Origin: Naegleria gruberi
Lineage: Eukaryota
Length of the DNA: 64,000 nt
Assembly (NCBI GenBank): GCA_000004985.1
Contig: GG738889.1
Strand: one strand, 5' to 3'
Numbering within the stretch: position 1 is the stretch's first letter; each line of letters begins with the position of its first letter. Position numbers and translations under genes: made by a program. This document shows, piece by piece, positions 10,065 to 20,939 of the stretch. The notes below the pieces were generated by a model that was given only the letters and a program-made list of their open reading frames with translations, was not told where the DNA came from and ran no database searches.

Positions 10065-10787
10065 TTAACAGAGGTAATCCAAGAGGTTCACCTGTTGATG
10101 TCTCGTCTTGTTGGAGAGTCCAAACAATTTACTCAATTGATCAAGTGTTTTGCTATCTTTCAATGATATTGCTTGATCGTAGAGAGCAAATGGATTCTTC
10201 TTTTCCAATGCTTTGGAGAGAGTCCATTCATACTTTTCCTTTGGATTCTCAACTGGTAATTGTGTAGATGATGAATTTTCATTCATTCCCTTCATCATAT
10301 TTCCATAAATTTCACTTAAAAACCAAAATCCAAATGAATTTCCCTTGTAGGCAGCTTGTTCGAAATATTCTCTTGCCTTTTCCAAATCAATGTTGATGGA
10401 TTTATCTGAATCTTTCAATCCTTTATAATAGATATAACCCAGAATTGAGAGTGCACTTGAGAAATCATTCATGCTCTCCAATATTTCCATTGCGTTTTGA
10501 ATATCTTTGGTGTGTCCACAACTTCCTTCCAATTCAAACATGGCCAAAAGAATTGTTCGATGAGAATAATTCTCTCCATTACAATCGGAAAGTGTCTCAA
10601 ATATGGCTTTGTAATTTTTACATCCTTCCTTTCCGAATAATTGTTTAAATATTTTGTAAATTGGAAAAGAAAATCCATCAGGTGAAAATGTCAAAAAAAC
10701 AGTCAAATCGAGTGCTTCTTTAAATGATCCAAATTTAATGAGTGATGTGATGGCAGAGTATAAAATCTGTGGGTCTTGTGGATTCAT
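10065..10787 (-). CDS. Sel1-like repeat (TPR-like) protein.
   Basis: 240-aa ORF with Sel1-type repeats 'ALSILGYIYYKGLKDSDKSINIDLEKAREYFEQAAYKGNSFGFWFLSEIY'. Confidence 0.55.
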   Translation of the reverse strand: MNPQDPQILYSAITSLIKFGSFKEALDLTVFLTFSPDGFSFPIYKIFKQLFGKEGCKNYKAIFETLSDCNGENYSHRTILLAMFELEGSCGHTKDIQNAMEILESMNDFSSALSILGYIYYKGLKDSDKSINIDLEKAREYFEQAAYKGNSFGFWFLSEIYGNMMKGMNENSSSTQLPVENPKEKYEWTLSKALEKKNPFALYDQAISLKDSKTLDQLSKLFGLSNKTRHQQVNLLDYLC

Positions 10788-10940
10788 ATTTTTTTAGAAA
10801 TTGATTTTTGACATTTTTCACTTGATCCATTTTGACAGCACTTCCATCTCCTAAATCTCCAAACAATCCTGAACATCTCTGTCATGAATTCATGTAATAA
10901 ATAAATTGTTTCATTGTAAATAAAATCACGTTTAGCTGAA

Positions 10941-12482
10941 TTGAATTTACAATTTTCTAATTTTAATTCCAACTTTAAAAAAAAAATGCAATGTTCCATC
11001 TGTGAGGGAAGCATCAAGAGACAACAATTCGTTTGTGCAGCTTGCACGCTGGAAGCCATCAGGGGCAAATCGGAATTATATGCAAAATTACTGAAAAAAC
11101 GTAACGAATTGAAGGAAAGGCTTGAAAAGGAGATTTTAAACGATCAACAACAATTAACGGTTCTTCAGAGGAATGTAAGAAATCAGAAGGAGAAGAATAG
11201 GCTCCTGAAGGAGTATATTAAGCAAATACAACATGAAAATACAAATCAAGAACAATTATGTAAGAAAATGTTTGATGATCAAACGAAAAGAAAGGAAGAA
11301 TTTGAACAGGCTAGAAATTCTCTGAGAAATATTATTCAGGAGAATAGAGGGAGTATGGAAACTCAATATCAGAGTTTGAAAGGATTTAATTCGGAAAAGT
11401 TTGAAAAGATGAGAAGAACAAGTTGTTTCAGTCTTTTTCAATCATTTCCGATTTCTACAAATTCTGGGAAAATCATCACTCAAGCTAAAAGTACAAACAA
11501 ATTAGTATTACATATTCAATGCGATCCAAGTAGTAAGGAGTTGTATTTCTTGCAAAGAGATTTTAAATTGCCAATTTCTGTAATTTCGGAAGGATTTGAT
11601 TTTATTGAAGCAATTGCAAAATTTGATTCTTTTGATTATTATACACAAAAGGCATTGAATGAAGTTGGATCGTTTAAAGACACTTGGCCTTCTTCACAGA
11701 ATTTATCAGCCATGCTTGGATATTTAGTACTTGTCATTCAGCAATTATCACAAATTTTAGAAATACCTGTTCCATATGAAATGGAGTATAGAGGATGTAA
11801 ATCAATTATTTATGATTTGATTGGATCTGAATTGAGGAGAAAGAGAATTGCAGAACAAATGGAAAAACAGGATATGAATGATTCTAATATTTCTTCTGCA
11901 TCAATCGTATATTCAGAATCAGACTTGTACACTACTATTGTTGAACCAAAATTCAAGACTTATCCATTATTTGATCCTGGAAGTAATACTTTGGGATCGC
12001 CAGCAAGTGGTGAATCATTCCCGACAAACTTATTACTCTCTACTGAATCGTTGACTAGTAGTTCTTCTGATATATTATCCAGTTCAAGCAACTCAAGGGA
12101 GGGCTTTGTTAGAGCTGTTGAATTATTGAACGATAATGTTATTGCCATCTGCCATGGTCAAGGTATTATGGTGTCAGAAATCAATAGCAGAAACCTAATG
12201 CATAATTTATTGACTTTATATCATTATGAAAATATTGGTTGTGTAGGACCTTTCTTGTACACTTCCAAGGTTAAGAAAACAGAGGAAATTGCGGACATAT
12301 CTGTATTCAAGACTAATATTAACGAAAATCACTATTTTATTGTAAATGAGGTGGCACAAGAAGTAATTATGAAAAAAATTATTGTACATAGTAAGGAAAC
12401 AATTTCAACACAAACAATCAAGAATAATTCGGTAATATCAGGACATCTCAAAGAGGATTATCTTGATAAGGATGATGAATAA
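10941..12482 (+). CDS. ATG14: Autophagy-related protein 14 (ATG14/Barkor family; PI3K-complex I subunit).
   Basis: N-terminal cysteine repeats 'CSICEGSIKRQQFVCAACTLE' (CxxC-x11-CxxC) are followed by a long coiled coil and an Atg14/UVRAG-type C-terminal region. The true start is probably the ATG at ~10986 (MQCSIC...). Confidence 0.6.
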   Translation: MNLQFSNFNSNFKKKMQCSICEGSIKRQQFVCAACTLEAIRGKSELYAKLLKKRNELKERLEKEILNDQQQLTVLQRNVRNQKEKNRLLKEYIKQIQHENTNQEQLCKKMFDDQTKRKEEFEQARNSLRNIIQENRGSMETQYQSLKGFNSEKFEKMRRTSCFSLFQSFPISTNSGKIITQAKSTNKLVLHIQCDPSSKELYFLQRDFKLPISVISEGFDFIEAIAKFDSFDYYTQKALNEVGSFKDTWPSSQNLSAMLGYLVLVIQQLSQILEIPVPYEMEYRGCKSIIYDLIGSELRRKRIAEQMEKQDMNDSNISSASIVYSESDLYTTIVEPKFKTYPLFDPGSNTLGSPASGESFPTNLLLSTESLTSSSSDILSSSSNSREGFVRAVELLNDNVIAICHGQGIMVSEINSRNLMHNLLTLYHYENIGCVGPFLYTSKVKKTEEIADISVFKTNINENHYFIVNEVAQEVIMKKIIVHSKETISTQTIKNNSVISGHLKEDYLDKDDE

Positions 12483-12486
12483 ATAT

Positions 12487-15400
12487 TTACTCATCTCTTT
12501 CAAAGAATCTAGTTGATTCATTAATGACATTATGATGATTAGAATCTGAAATCTCACGATTCTTCTGACAACTTAATGTTACACTTATCAAAACAATAAC
12601 AATTAAGAAAACTGGAATAACAGCTGCTGCTCCAAACAGGAAAGAACTTATGCTAAACCAATCATCTCCTTGTTCAGAATTCCATAAATCGAGACTGAAT
12701 GTTCTAATTTCGCCTGGTTTAAGAATGATCTTGGTAAAGTTTAGATTTTTCGTAGCATAATTTAGCGACATTGTCATTTCCACAATATTACTAATAAAGT
12801 AATCAGAGAATATTGCCTGTGGATATAATGTGACTGGTTTTGAATGAATTAAACTTTCTTGGGCTTCATAAATATGTTGAAGTCTGAGAGCAGTAAATCT
12901 TTGGTTAGGTGTAGTAACATTATTTCTGGTTTGAAGTGAAAGAAGGTGAATGTTTGATGGCAACTCATTGAGGAATCTCGATTCAGAATTGAATTTTCCA
13001 ACATAGGTAAGGACAGCCTCTTTAATGTCGCTATCAGTGGCAAGTGAGGCGTACAATGAAATAGAGTTAGAAAACATTCTCAAAGCAGGGGCATTGAATA
13101 ATTTTGAAATGGTTGGTCTATAATTACTCGAGTCAGATGGTGGAGCTAAAAGAATTCTTAATGGAATAGTAACTGTTTGCGTTACATTAAGATTTTCACC
13201 TAAACCACGATCGTCATCAGTTAAAGTGTTTCTGTTCAACATGAATTCAATTGATCCATTTCTAAGACTTGCAACTCCTGCTGCTTGTCTGGTGAATAAC
13301 GTTAATTGGATATCATTTGATCTGATGAATGATGATTCCACTATTGGATAGTAGTTACCAGCAATTTTGTTAAAGAAGTAGCTATCATTAAATCTTGATG
13401 GTGCATACGGACGTTCAATCATTTCATACCCATTGCTGTCTGTGTAAAGAGTTGTTTGTACATCTCCTAAACTGAACTCGGTGATCATTTCCTTATTATC
13501 TCCTGTTTGAGCACTTGTAGACATGTCTAATACAAAGCCATTTTCTGGAATGTTATATTCATTGTAAATCACAAAAGTTTGAGTGACATTGTTTGTATAT
13601 CTCTGGCTCAATGATTGAACAACTTTTCCATTGGAAATAATACAATCAAGATATTCAGTTTCGAACACTAAATCTTGTGCATAACCTGTTGTTCTCAAAA
13701 TATAGGCACCATCTCCATAAGAGACGTATTGGGCAATCTTTTGTGAAATTGTAGTGGTTGTTCCAGTATATTTGTTAGTAATAGATTTGAGGACGTATGG
13801 AAGTTTTCCATTTGTCAACTCAAATGTTGCCTTGATGTAACCATTTTCCATATTCACAACATTTTCATATTGTGTTTGCTTCTTTTCAATTGTTGTTGCT
13901 TTAAAGTCTTGTTGAATTATGAAATAGGTTGAGAATCCGACAGGAACTACAGAAGCTTTAAAGTAAAGATAGGTGGTTCCATCAATTTCCTTAACTACAT
14001 CAGAATCTATTTGTGTTACATCTCCAGTTTCTCGTGAGTAATAATAAACAGAAATAGAGTTGGCCTTGACTGGAATTTTGATATATTCTTGGGTTGTCCA
14101 TCCAAGAGAGTTGAATAGGGTGAGAGCATAGATTGGTTTCTTTTCATCTAGTAACAGGGATTGGTCGAGAGAAACATTTAGCAAATCTTTTGTAACACCT
14201 CTAGTTGCTACATATTCGAAAATCAAAGAAGTCTTATTCTTTAGGGCAACAGTTGCATTTTGAATAATATCCGTATAGTTTTTAAGAACAAATCTCTTTT
14301 CAGTACCTGTTATGGCATCATGATGCAGTGCTAAAGCCACAGAATTTCTCATATATTGCAATGCTTCTTCAGCTTGATTGAGATCTTTTTCAATATTTCT
14401 ATTGAGACTTGTCTCAACCTTATAAAGTTCACTTTGACAAGCTGTAAAGATCATTTCACAATTTCTTAAAAGTCTTTCGCTTTCTCTAACTAATTGTTTA
14501 AATTGAGGTTCAGACACGAAATATCCACTCCAATAGGCAATACAATCACCAAATTGATCCTCATCGACTCCCCAACAAGTTGGATATGGGAAGTAGTCGC
14601 TATAGGAATCACTGTTATATGTTTTTACAGGGAATACATTTGGATTGGTTTTGTTATGGACTTGTTCAAAATATTCTGAGAGAGTAGAATATCTCATATT
14701 AACACCAAATCTTTGGAAATTCTTGTTAATGTAAGAAATAAGTAAATCCATATTGTCAAACATGAGATTTGCCTTTTGGAATCTGAAATCGTTTCCAAAT
14801 GGTATCAACACGTTGTTGGTTCTGTAGGTCTTGGAAACGTTTCTCATGTAATCAACAAGTAAGGAAGCTCTTGCATCAATATTTTCATTAGTTATTGGAG
14901 GATTGCTTGCAGGGTCAGATTCAAAATCAAAACCTGTACACGTTCCGTCATTGAAACAAATTTCTGGTGCACTGTAATGATGTTCTAAAACATGTGTGAA
15001 AATGCATGAATTTGGATCTGAATGTGAAGGACACCATTCCCATTCGAAATGCTTTTCAATAGCATATGTTCCACTTCCAGGAATTTCCCTATATTTATGT
15101 TTCAATCTTTCATCAATTCTATCAACAACATGATATTTGAATCCCATTTTAGATAATAAATAAGCAAAGGTACGAGAAGCTCCAAATGGATCAATTTGCC
15201 AACCAACTTGAATATCTGCTCCAATTACTTTTTGTACAAATTGATGACCTTGAGTCATTTGATCTATTATTGCAGAATAAGTAGGAAGGGCTTCATCTGT
15301 CATAACATATCCTCCATTCACTATTTCTATTTGTTTGTTATGAACTAATTTTTTGAATGCATCTCTCTGGGTCTGTGTACTATTATTCCACCACATTTCA

Positions 15401-15834
15401 AGGAAACCAGATTCTGACCAAATAAATCGTTTTTGTGGATCAGCATTCAAATACTTGATCACATTATCAATGATCACAGTTACATTATATTTCGAATAAA
15501 AGTTTACAGTCTCCAACCATCCCAAATCACAATGAGAATGAGCAACAATAAAAGCATTCACAACTGAATCCGAATTTTCTTTTAATTCATCAAATTCCAC
15601 TTCTTGATGCCTATTATTACTCTTTGCTTTAGCACATTCAACCCTATTCGGAATTTCCAGCCCCACAAATAATATTACAACAATTATTAATACTACTAAT
15701 ACATTAATATACAAAGGTCGCTTTTTTCCATTGACCATCACCAATGGAAGCCTTGAAGAGTTGGTTGTAATAGGATGAAAATTTCCCGCCAAGCTCGAGA
15801 GATGAAAACATTTTTTTTTAATTGATTTGATCAA
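12487..15834 (-). CDS. Class II alpha-mannosidase, glycoside hydrolase family 38 (lysosomal/Golgi type), with N- and C-terminal hydrophobic segments.
   Basis: 1115-aa intronless ORF with the GH38 signature 'FIVAHSHCDLGWLETVNFY' and Asp-rich blocks '..WQIDPFGAS'. It has an N-terminal signal anchor 'INVLVVLIIVVILFVGL' and a C-terminal TM 'AAAVIPVFLIVIVLISVTL'. Confidence 0.9.
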   Translation of the reverse strand: MIKSIKKKCFHLSSLAGNFHPITTNSSRLPLVMVNGKKRPLYINVLVVLIIVVILFVGLEIPNRVECAKAKSNNRHQEVEFDELKENSDSVVNAFIVAHSHCDLGWLETVNFYSKYNVTVIIDNVIKYLNADPQKRFIWSESGFLEMWWNNSTQTQRDAFKKLVHNKQIEIVNGGYVMTDEALPTYSAIIDQMTQGHQFVQKVIGADIQVGWQIDPFGASRTFAYLLSKMGFKYHVVDRIDERLKHKYREIPGSGTYAIEKHFEWEWCPSHSDPNSCIFTHVLEHHYSAPEICFNDGTCTGFDFESDPASNPPITNENIDARASLLVDYMRNVSKTYRTNNVLIPFGNDFRFQKANLMFDNMDLLISYINKNFQRFGVNMRYSTLSEYFEQVHNKTNPNVFPVKTYNSDSYSDYFPYPTCWGVDEDQFGDCIAYWSGYFVSEPQFKQLVRESERLLRNCEMIFTACQSELYKVETSLNRNIEKDLNQAEEALQYMRNSVALALHHDAITGTEKRFVLKNYTDIIQNATVALKNKTSLIFEYVATRGVTKDLLNVSLDQSLLLDEKKPIYALTLFNSLGWTTQEYIKIPVKANSISVYYYSRETGDVTQIDSDVVKEIDGTTYLYFKASVVPVGFSTYFIIQQDFKATTIEKKQTQYENVVNMENGYIKATFELTNGKLPYVLKSITNKYTGTTTTISQKIAQYVSYGDGAYILRTTGYAQDLVFETEYLDCIISNGKVVQSLSQRYTNNVTQTFVIYNEYNIPENGFVLDMSTSAQTGDNKEMITEFSLGDVQTTLYTDSNGYEMIERPYAPSRFNDSYFFNKIAGNYYPIVESSFIRSNDIQLTLFTRQAAGVASLRNGSIEFMLNRNTLTDDDRGLGENLNVTQTVTIPLRILLAPPSDSSNYRPTISKLFNAPALRMFSNSISLYASLATDSDIKEAVLTYVGKFNSESRFLNELPSNIHLLSLQTRNNVTTPNQRFTALRLQHIYEAQESLIHSKPVTLYPQAIFSDYFISNIVEMTMSLNYATKNLNFTKIILKPGEIRTFSLDLWNSEQGDDWFSISSFLFGAAAVIPVFLIVIVLISVTLSCQKNREISDSNHHNVINESTRFFERDE

Positions 15835-16187
15835 GTTTTGTATTTTTTGAATTGTTTTTAAAAAGGATTTGTTTTTAAATTGTGTATTGTTTATAACGAG
15901 AAAATAGTATTTCCTTAAAGGGTTATCTGAATATTTTAATAAATTAATATTTATAGATTGAAGAATATTTTACAAAATTAAATAATTAAATGTTTATGAA
16001 ATAGAGCAATTTGTTAATTGGAATAGAATAAATTCCGACTATTGTCTTTAGTTACACCTAGGTGGCCATGTTAGGAATTATGGAGGCCCATTTTCCTAAA
16101 TAGTCTTTTAATTCCCATTTAGAAACCAGAAAAATCAACAATTTATAATCAATTTCACATTTCACAATCAAAAAAAAAATAAAAGCA

Positions 16188-17225
16188 ATGAATTGGTTCT
16201 ACAATCTCATCAGAAAAACACCAACTCCTCCCTTTGATCCTTCATTCACCAAAGTTTGTCTAGTAACTGGTTCATCTTCGGGAATTGGTTTAGAAACTGC
16301 CAAATTAATGTACTCGAGTGGATTTAACATTGTGTTAGCTTGTAGGAATGTGAAGAAGGCAGAGGCAGTGAAGAATGATTTTGAAAAGATTGAATTTCCT
16401 TCCAGAAATTCTGCAATGAAACCTCAGATTACAATTTTAGAGATGGATTTGGCTGATTTTGACAGTGTTTCGAATGCATGTAAAGGTAAGTTTCTCTAAA
16501 TGATAAGAGTTGTTTAATAATGAATGTTGAAAGAGTTTGGAAATGCATTTGATAGATTGGATGTATTGGTGAATAATGCTGGAACTTGGAATGGATTTTC
16601 CAAGGATAATTTGATTGGAATTACAAAGCAAGGATTCAGTGTCACTTATCAAACAAGTCATTTGGCTCATTTCTACTTGACAAGAGAGTTACTACCATTC
16701 ATTATTAATTCTTCCAAGATTACTAATAAGCCAGGTAGAATTATCAATGTTAGTAGTGGGCTACACCTCTATGCAATGAATCAGATCAATAAGAAATCTG
16801 ATTCTCTTTCGGATTTGGAATGGGAAAAGAGAATGGTAAATGAACATGGAGATAATTTCAATTCTCAACTATATCAATACATGTATGTGAAACTCCTGAA
16901 TGTAATGTTTGCCAAACATCTTTCCAGAATGTACACTGATAAGGAAATTCTTTCTTTCAGTTGTCATCCTGGTCCAATTTCAAGCGATTTTTATAGAGAT
17001 TGGTCTAGCTTACTGAAATTCTCATTGAATTTCATGACCATTCCTTCTGTTTATGGAGCATTCACTAGTTGCTACTTGGCCACAAGTGAAGATCCAATTA
17101 TTTTGTCTAATAATGGAAATTATTTTGATAATTGTTCTATTGCAAAATATCATAAACTTGTTGACGATGTTGAACAATGTAAATTGATATGGGAAAAAAG
17201 TGAAAAGCAATTGAACGATTTATAA
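16188..17225 (+). CDS. Short-chain dehydrogenase/reductase (retinol-dehydrogenase/WWOX-like SDR), two exons.
   Basis: Exons 16188..16485 and 16534..17225 with a 48-bp intron 16486..16533 (gtaagt..ag). Has 'VTGSSSGIGLETA' (TGxxxGIG), 'NNAG', catalytic 'YMYVK' (YxxxK) and a 'HPG' block. Confidence 0.85.
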
Positions 17226-17328
17226 CCTTGAACTTGTTTATTTTAACTCAATTCAGAAACAAGATATTTTATTGTAAAGCACTTATAACATATTTAATAA
17301 TATTAAATACAAAAATATTTTAAAAAAA

Positions 17329-20300
17329 ATGAGTCAACTTGGAGAGGATTCTTTTCCTGCTGCTAATGAAGGCGATTACTTGCCGATCATTAAACCCTCA
17401 ACCGATAGGAGAGATTATAAAATTATAAAATTGGCTAATGAATTGGAAATAATTTTGTGTCATGATCCTGAGGCTTTAATTGCCTCCGCAGCTATGAATG
17501 TAAAAGGTAATTAGAAATTTAATAACATGTTTTGGAGTGATGATGATGGTGATGGTGGTGGAATGTAATAGTTGGTCATATGAGTGATCCGAGTGATTTT
17601 CCAGGTATGGCCCACTTTGTTGAGCACATGACCTTTATTTCGAGTAAAAAGTATCCAATCGAGGGTGAATATAAGGATTTTCTGAAGAAACGTGGAGGAG
17701 CAACCAATGCATCGACCTCCGCTGAAAAGACAACCTATTATTTTACAATATCGAATGATTATTTGGAAGAAGCTTTGGATAGATTTGCTCAATTTTTCAT
17801 TTCTCCAACATTTTCTGAACATCAAATCAATAGAGAAGTCGAGGCAATTAATAGTGAATTTAAAAAGAATTTACAATTGGAAGAAAGAAGACTCTATCAA
17901 TTGATGAAAAATTCGTCAAATCCACTGCATCCATTTAGAAAATTTGGAACTGGAAATACAATTTCATTGAAAACCGAACCTGAAATGAAAAATTTAAACT
18001 CGAGAGAGCACATGATTGAATTTTTTGAAAAATACTATTCTAGTAATCAAATGAAATTATCAATTATTGGAAATTATCCATTTGAAATATTAGAACAATG
18101 GGCAAGAAATTCATTTTCTGAAATACGAAACAATAATATGCAAACATACAAGTATTATCCAAGTTCAGTTGAGCCATTTAACAATGAAAATCTGGCCAGA
18201 TTATACAAATATATTCCAATATCTGACAGTCCTGTTCTCACCATCATGTTCCCCATCAATATTTCATATCCTGTTGAGGAGATGGGAAGAAATATGTACT
18301 ACAAACAAAGCTCGATAACTATGCTCAACAACTTGCTAGGTCATGAAGGTAAAGGATCTCTTTATTCTAAATTTCGAGCTGAAGGACTGGCTCAAAGTGT
18401 AGAGTCATACTATTACAGTTATGGAGGTGTTAGTGATCCAAACACATCTTTTTATTTCCTAATTGTTAAAGTCGAGTTGACAAAAAAGGGAGAAGATAAA
18501 TGGCAATCAATGATAGAGGATATTTTCGAATATATCAGCATGTTGAAAAAGGATGGAATACCAAAATACTTTTTTGATGAACTTAGTCAAATGAAAAAGC
18601 TAGCCTTTGAGAATGCTCAGTTTACCTCCACCCATGCCTCTAATTTGGCATCGAGTCTTCAACTTCACCTTCCACATGAAGTCATATCTGCTAACTATCT
18701 TATTTATGAGTTGGATGAGGTTGATATTTCAAATGTGTTAGGACAATTACATGCAGAAAATATGAACATTTACATTTGTAGCAAGTCCTTTGCACAAGAT
18801 GAATTGAAACATACAGAGAGATGGTATGATATCAAGTACTCTACAGATAGATTGGATTTTGATTTTCTGAATTTATTAAAGATGAGTAAGATTAATTGCT
18901 CCAAAGAGTTACACCTTCCACCACAGAATATATATGTGCCTTATAATTTGGAACTTGTGGAGGAAGAATCTACCGTATATCCTGAAAAGATTGTAGATGC
19001 TGACACTATTCGAACTTGGTTCAAGAAGGATGATTACTTTAAAACTCCAAGAGGTGACATTATTGCTAACATTATCGTACCACAAAGCTATTCAGATCCA
19101 TCCAATGCTGTAATGGTTCAATTATTTTGTGATATGGTACAATATTCATTGAATGAAGAGTTATACATGATCAAACTTGCAAAAATTTCCACTGAAATTG
19201 AAATGAACAAGAGAGGTTTAGCGATTTCAACATCAGGTTTCAGTAATCATTTGGAAGATGTCATTTATGTAATGTTAAGAGAAATTGTGCACATGTTCGA
19301 TAATGTTGATACATGTTTTACTGAAAAAATGTTTGATTACATCAAGGAAAATAATGTTAGGTATTATCAGAACCAAAAGTTTAAGAGACAACCATATCAA
19401 TTTGCTAGTTCAGAATACATCAATTTCTCTTTGAGGGCATTTGATTATTCATATGAGGAGTTTGCGAATGCTTTAGAAAAAATTACACTGGAGCAATTCA
19501 AAGGATTTGTTAAATTTTGGAGTTTGACAATGACAGTTGAGTGTCTTATTCATGGTAACTTTAAAAAGGATTTGGCAATGAGACTATCTGATAATATAAC
19601 TAGAATTTTATTTGAAGAAAGAAACAAAAGACCAATGACGCCTCTCCCTTGTCAGGATTTACTTACCAATGTAGCTATTTATCCACCGAATAAGGATCTT
19701 GCTTTAGTAATTCCAAATCCAAATGAAACGAACGAAAATAGTGCAATTCTTTCCTGTTTCCATATTGGCCCGAGATGTATGAGGATGGATTGCATTTTGG
19801 AGCTTTTTGCACAAGTATCAAGTAGCAAATATTTCCAATATATGAGAACAGAAAATCAATTTGGATACATTGTTAGCAGCTATCAACAAATGATCCACAA
19901 TGCCTCCTTCTTTGCTTGTGTAGTTCAAACAGTTAAAGATGATTTGTATCACATCTTCCATGAGAATGATTTATTCTTTGAAAAATTTGGTAACCATTTG
20001 GAGGAAATTACAGATGAAAAGTTTACCGAAATTATTGAATCAATCATTTCCAAAAACTTGGAAAAAGAAAAGACAATGGCTCAACGATCCTCTCGATACG
20101 ATATTGAAATATACAGAAAGCAATACAGATTTGATAGATACCAACTGAAAGCTGAGGAATTTAAAACAATAACCAAGGATGATCTCATTAACTTTTATAG
20201 AGATTATATTTTGAAAAGTGGAAAGAATTTTGCAAGGGCTAGCTTTATTGTAACAAAGAAGGATTTGATTATTACATTCCCAGAAGAGAAAAACATTGAG

Positions 20301-20366
20301 CTCGTCAGAAATAAGGAAAATTTCAAACTAGGCCTATCATATCATCCACATTTCATTTATTATTGA
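17329..20366 (+). CDS. Insulinase-family (M16A) zinc metallopeptidase, insulin-degrading-enzyme-like, two exons.
   Basis: Exons 17329..17506 and 17572..20366 with a 65-bp intron 17507..17571 (gtaatt..ag). The inverted zinc motif HxxEH is 'AHFVEHMTF', followed by 'NASTSAEKTTYYF'. Total ~990 aa, comparable to IDE/Ste23. Confidence 0.85.
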
Positions 20367-20382
20367 TTAGCTTGAATGTTCA

Positions 20383-20868
20383 TCACTTTCTTTCAAAAGT
20401 TTGGTGAACAACATTTGCAATTTTCAATTCGTCCACAAGTTTAAAATCATTTTCAAATTCAGGAATGTCCAAATAAATACCCTCACCAAGAGTTTCGTCC
20501 ACTTTTGTAATAATACATTCATCTATTAATTTTTCAATAGCAAAAGTTTTCACCAATTGAGCTCCACCCATCAGCCAAATATTATCATTTTCCCCCTTTG
20601 CCTTCTCACTCAACAATTTATGCATAAATGTTTTGACATTTTCCTTTACAATTATAATATTATTGCGATTGGGTGGCATTTTCAAATGTTCTTGTTGAGT
20701 AAAAACAAAGGTTGTCTTGTTTGGCCATTCCCAATTTTCAAAATCAATTGATTGTTCATATGTTTTTCTTCCTGTCACTATTGTTGATATTCTATTCATG
20801 AGTTTGTCATATCCTAAATCCTCCATCTTGACTTTCCTCTTATTTAATAATTTGCTCATTTTTTTCAA
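20383..20868 (-). CDS. RibD C-terminal-domain / dihydrofolate-reductase-family protein (bacterial-type). The N-terminus is possibly truncated or in an unfound upstream exon.
   Basis: 161-aa intronless ORF with 'IVTGRKTYE' and 'IWLMGGAQLVKTFAIEKLIDECIITKV', hallmarks of the RibD_C/YwjB family. The usual N-terminal '..ISLDGy' block is missing. Confidence 0.55.
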   Translation of the reverse strand: MKKMSKLLNKRKVKMEDLGYDKLMNRISTIVTGRKTYEQSIDFENWEWPNKTTFVFTQQEHLKMPPNRNNIIIVKENVKTFMHKLLSEKAKGENDNIWLMGGAQLVKTFAIEKLIDECIITKVDETLGEGIYLDIPEFENDFKLVDELKIANVVHQTFERK

Positions 20869-20939
20869 TTTGATTAGGATAGATCTTTGATATTCAAGAA
20901 GATGAAGTTGGTGAAAATCAAAATGCCTTTTTGATTGGC

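Noticed and set aside
10784-11068. 94-aa minus ORF overlapping the ATG14 start region.
   Set aside because: It overlaps the 5' end of a conserved plus-strand gene and the Sel1 gene terminus, with no motif. The likely ATG14 start (MQCSIC) lies inside it.
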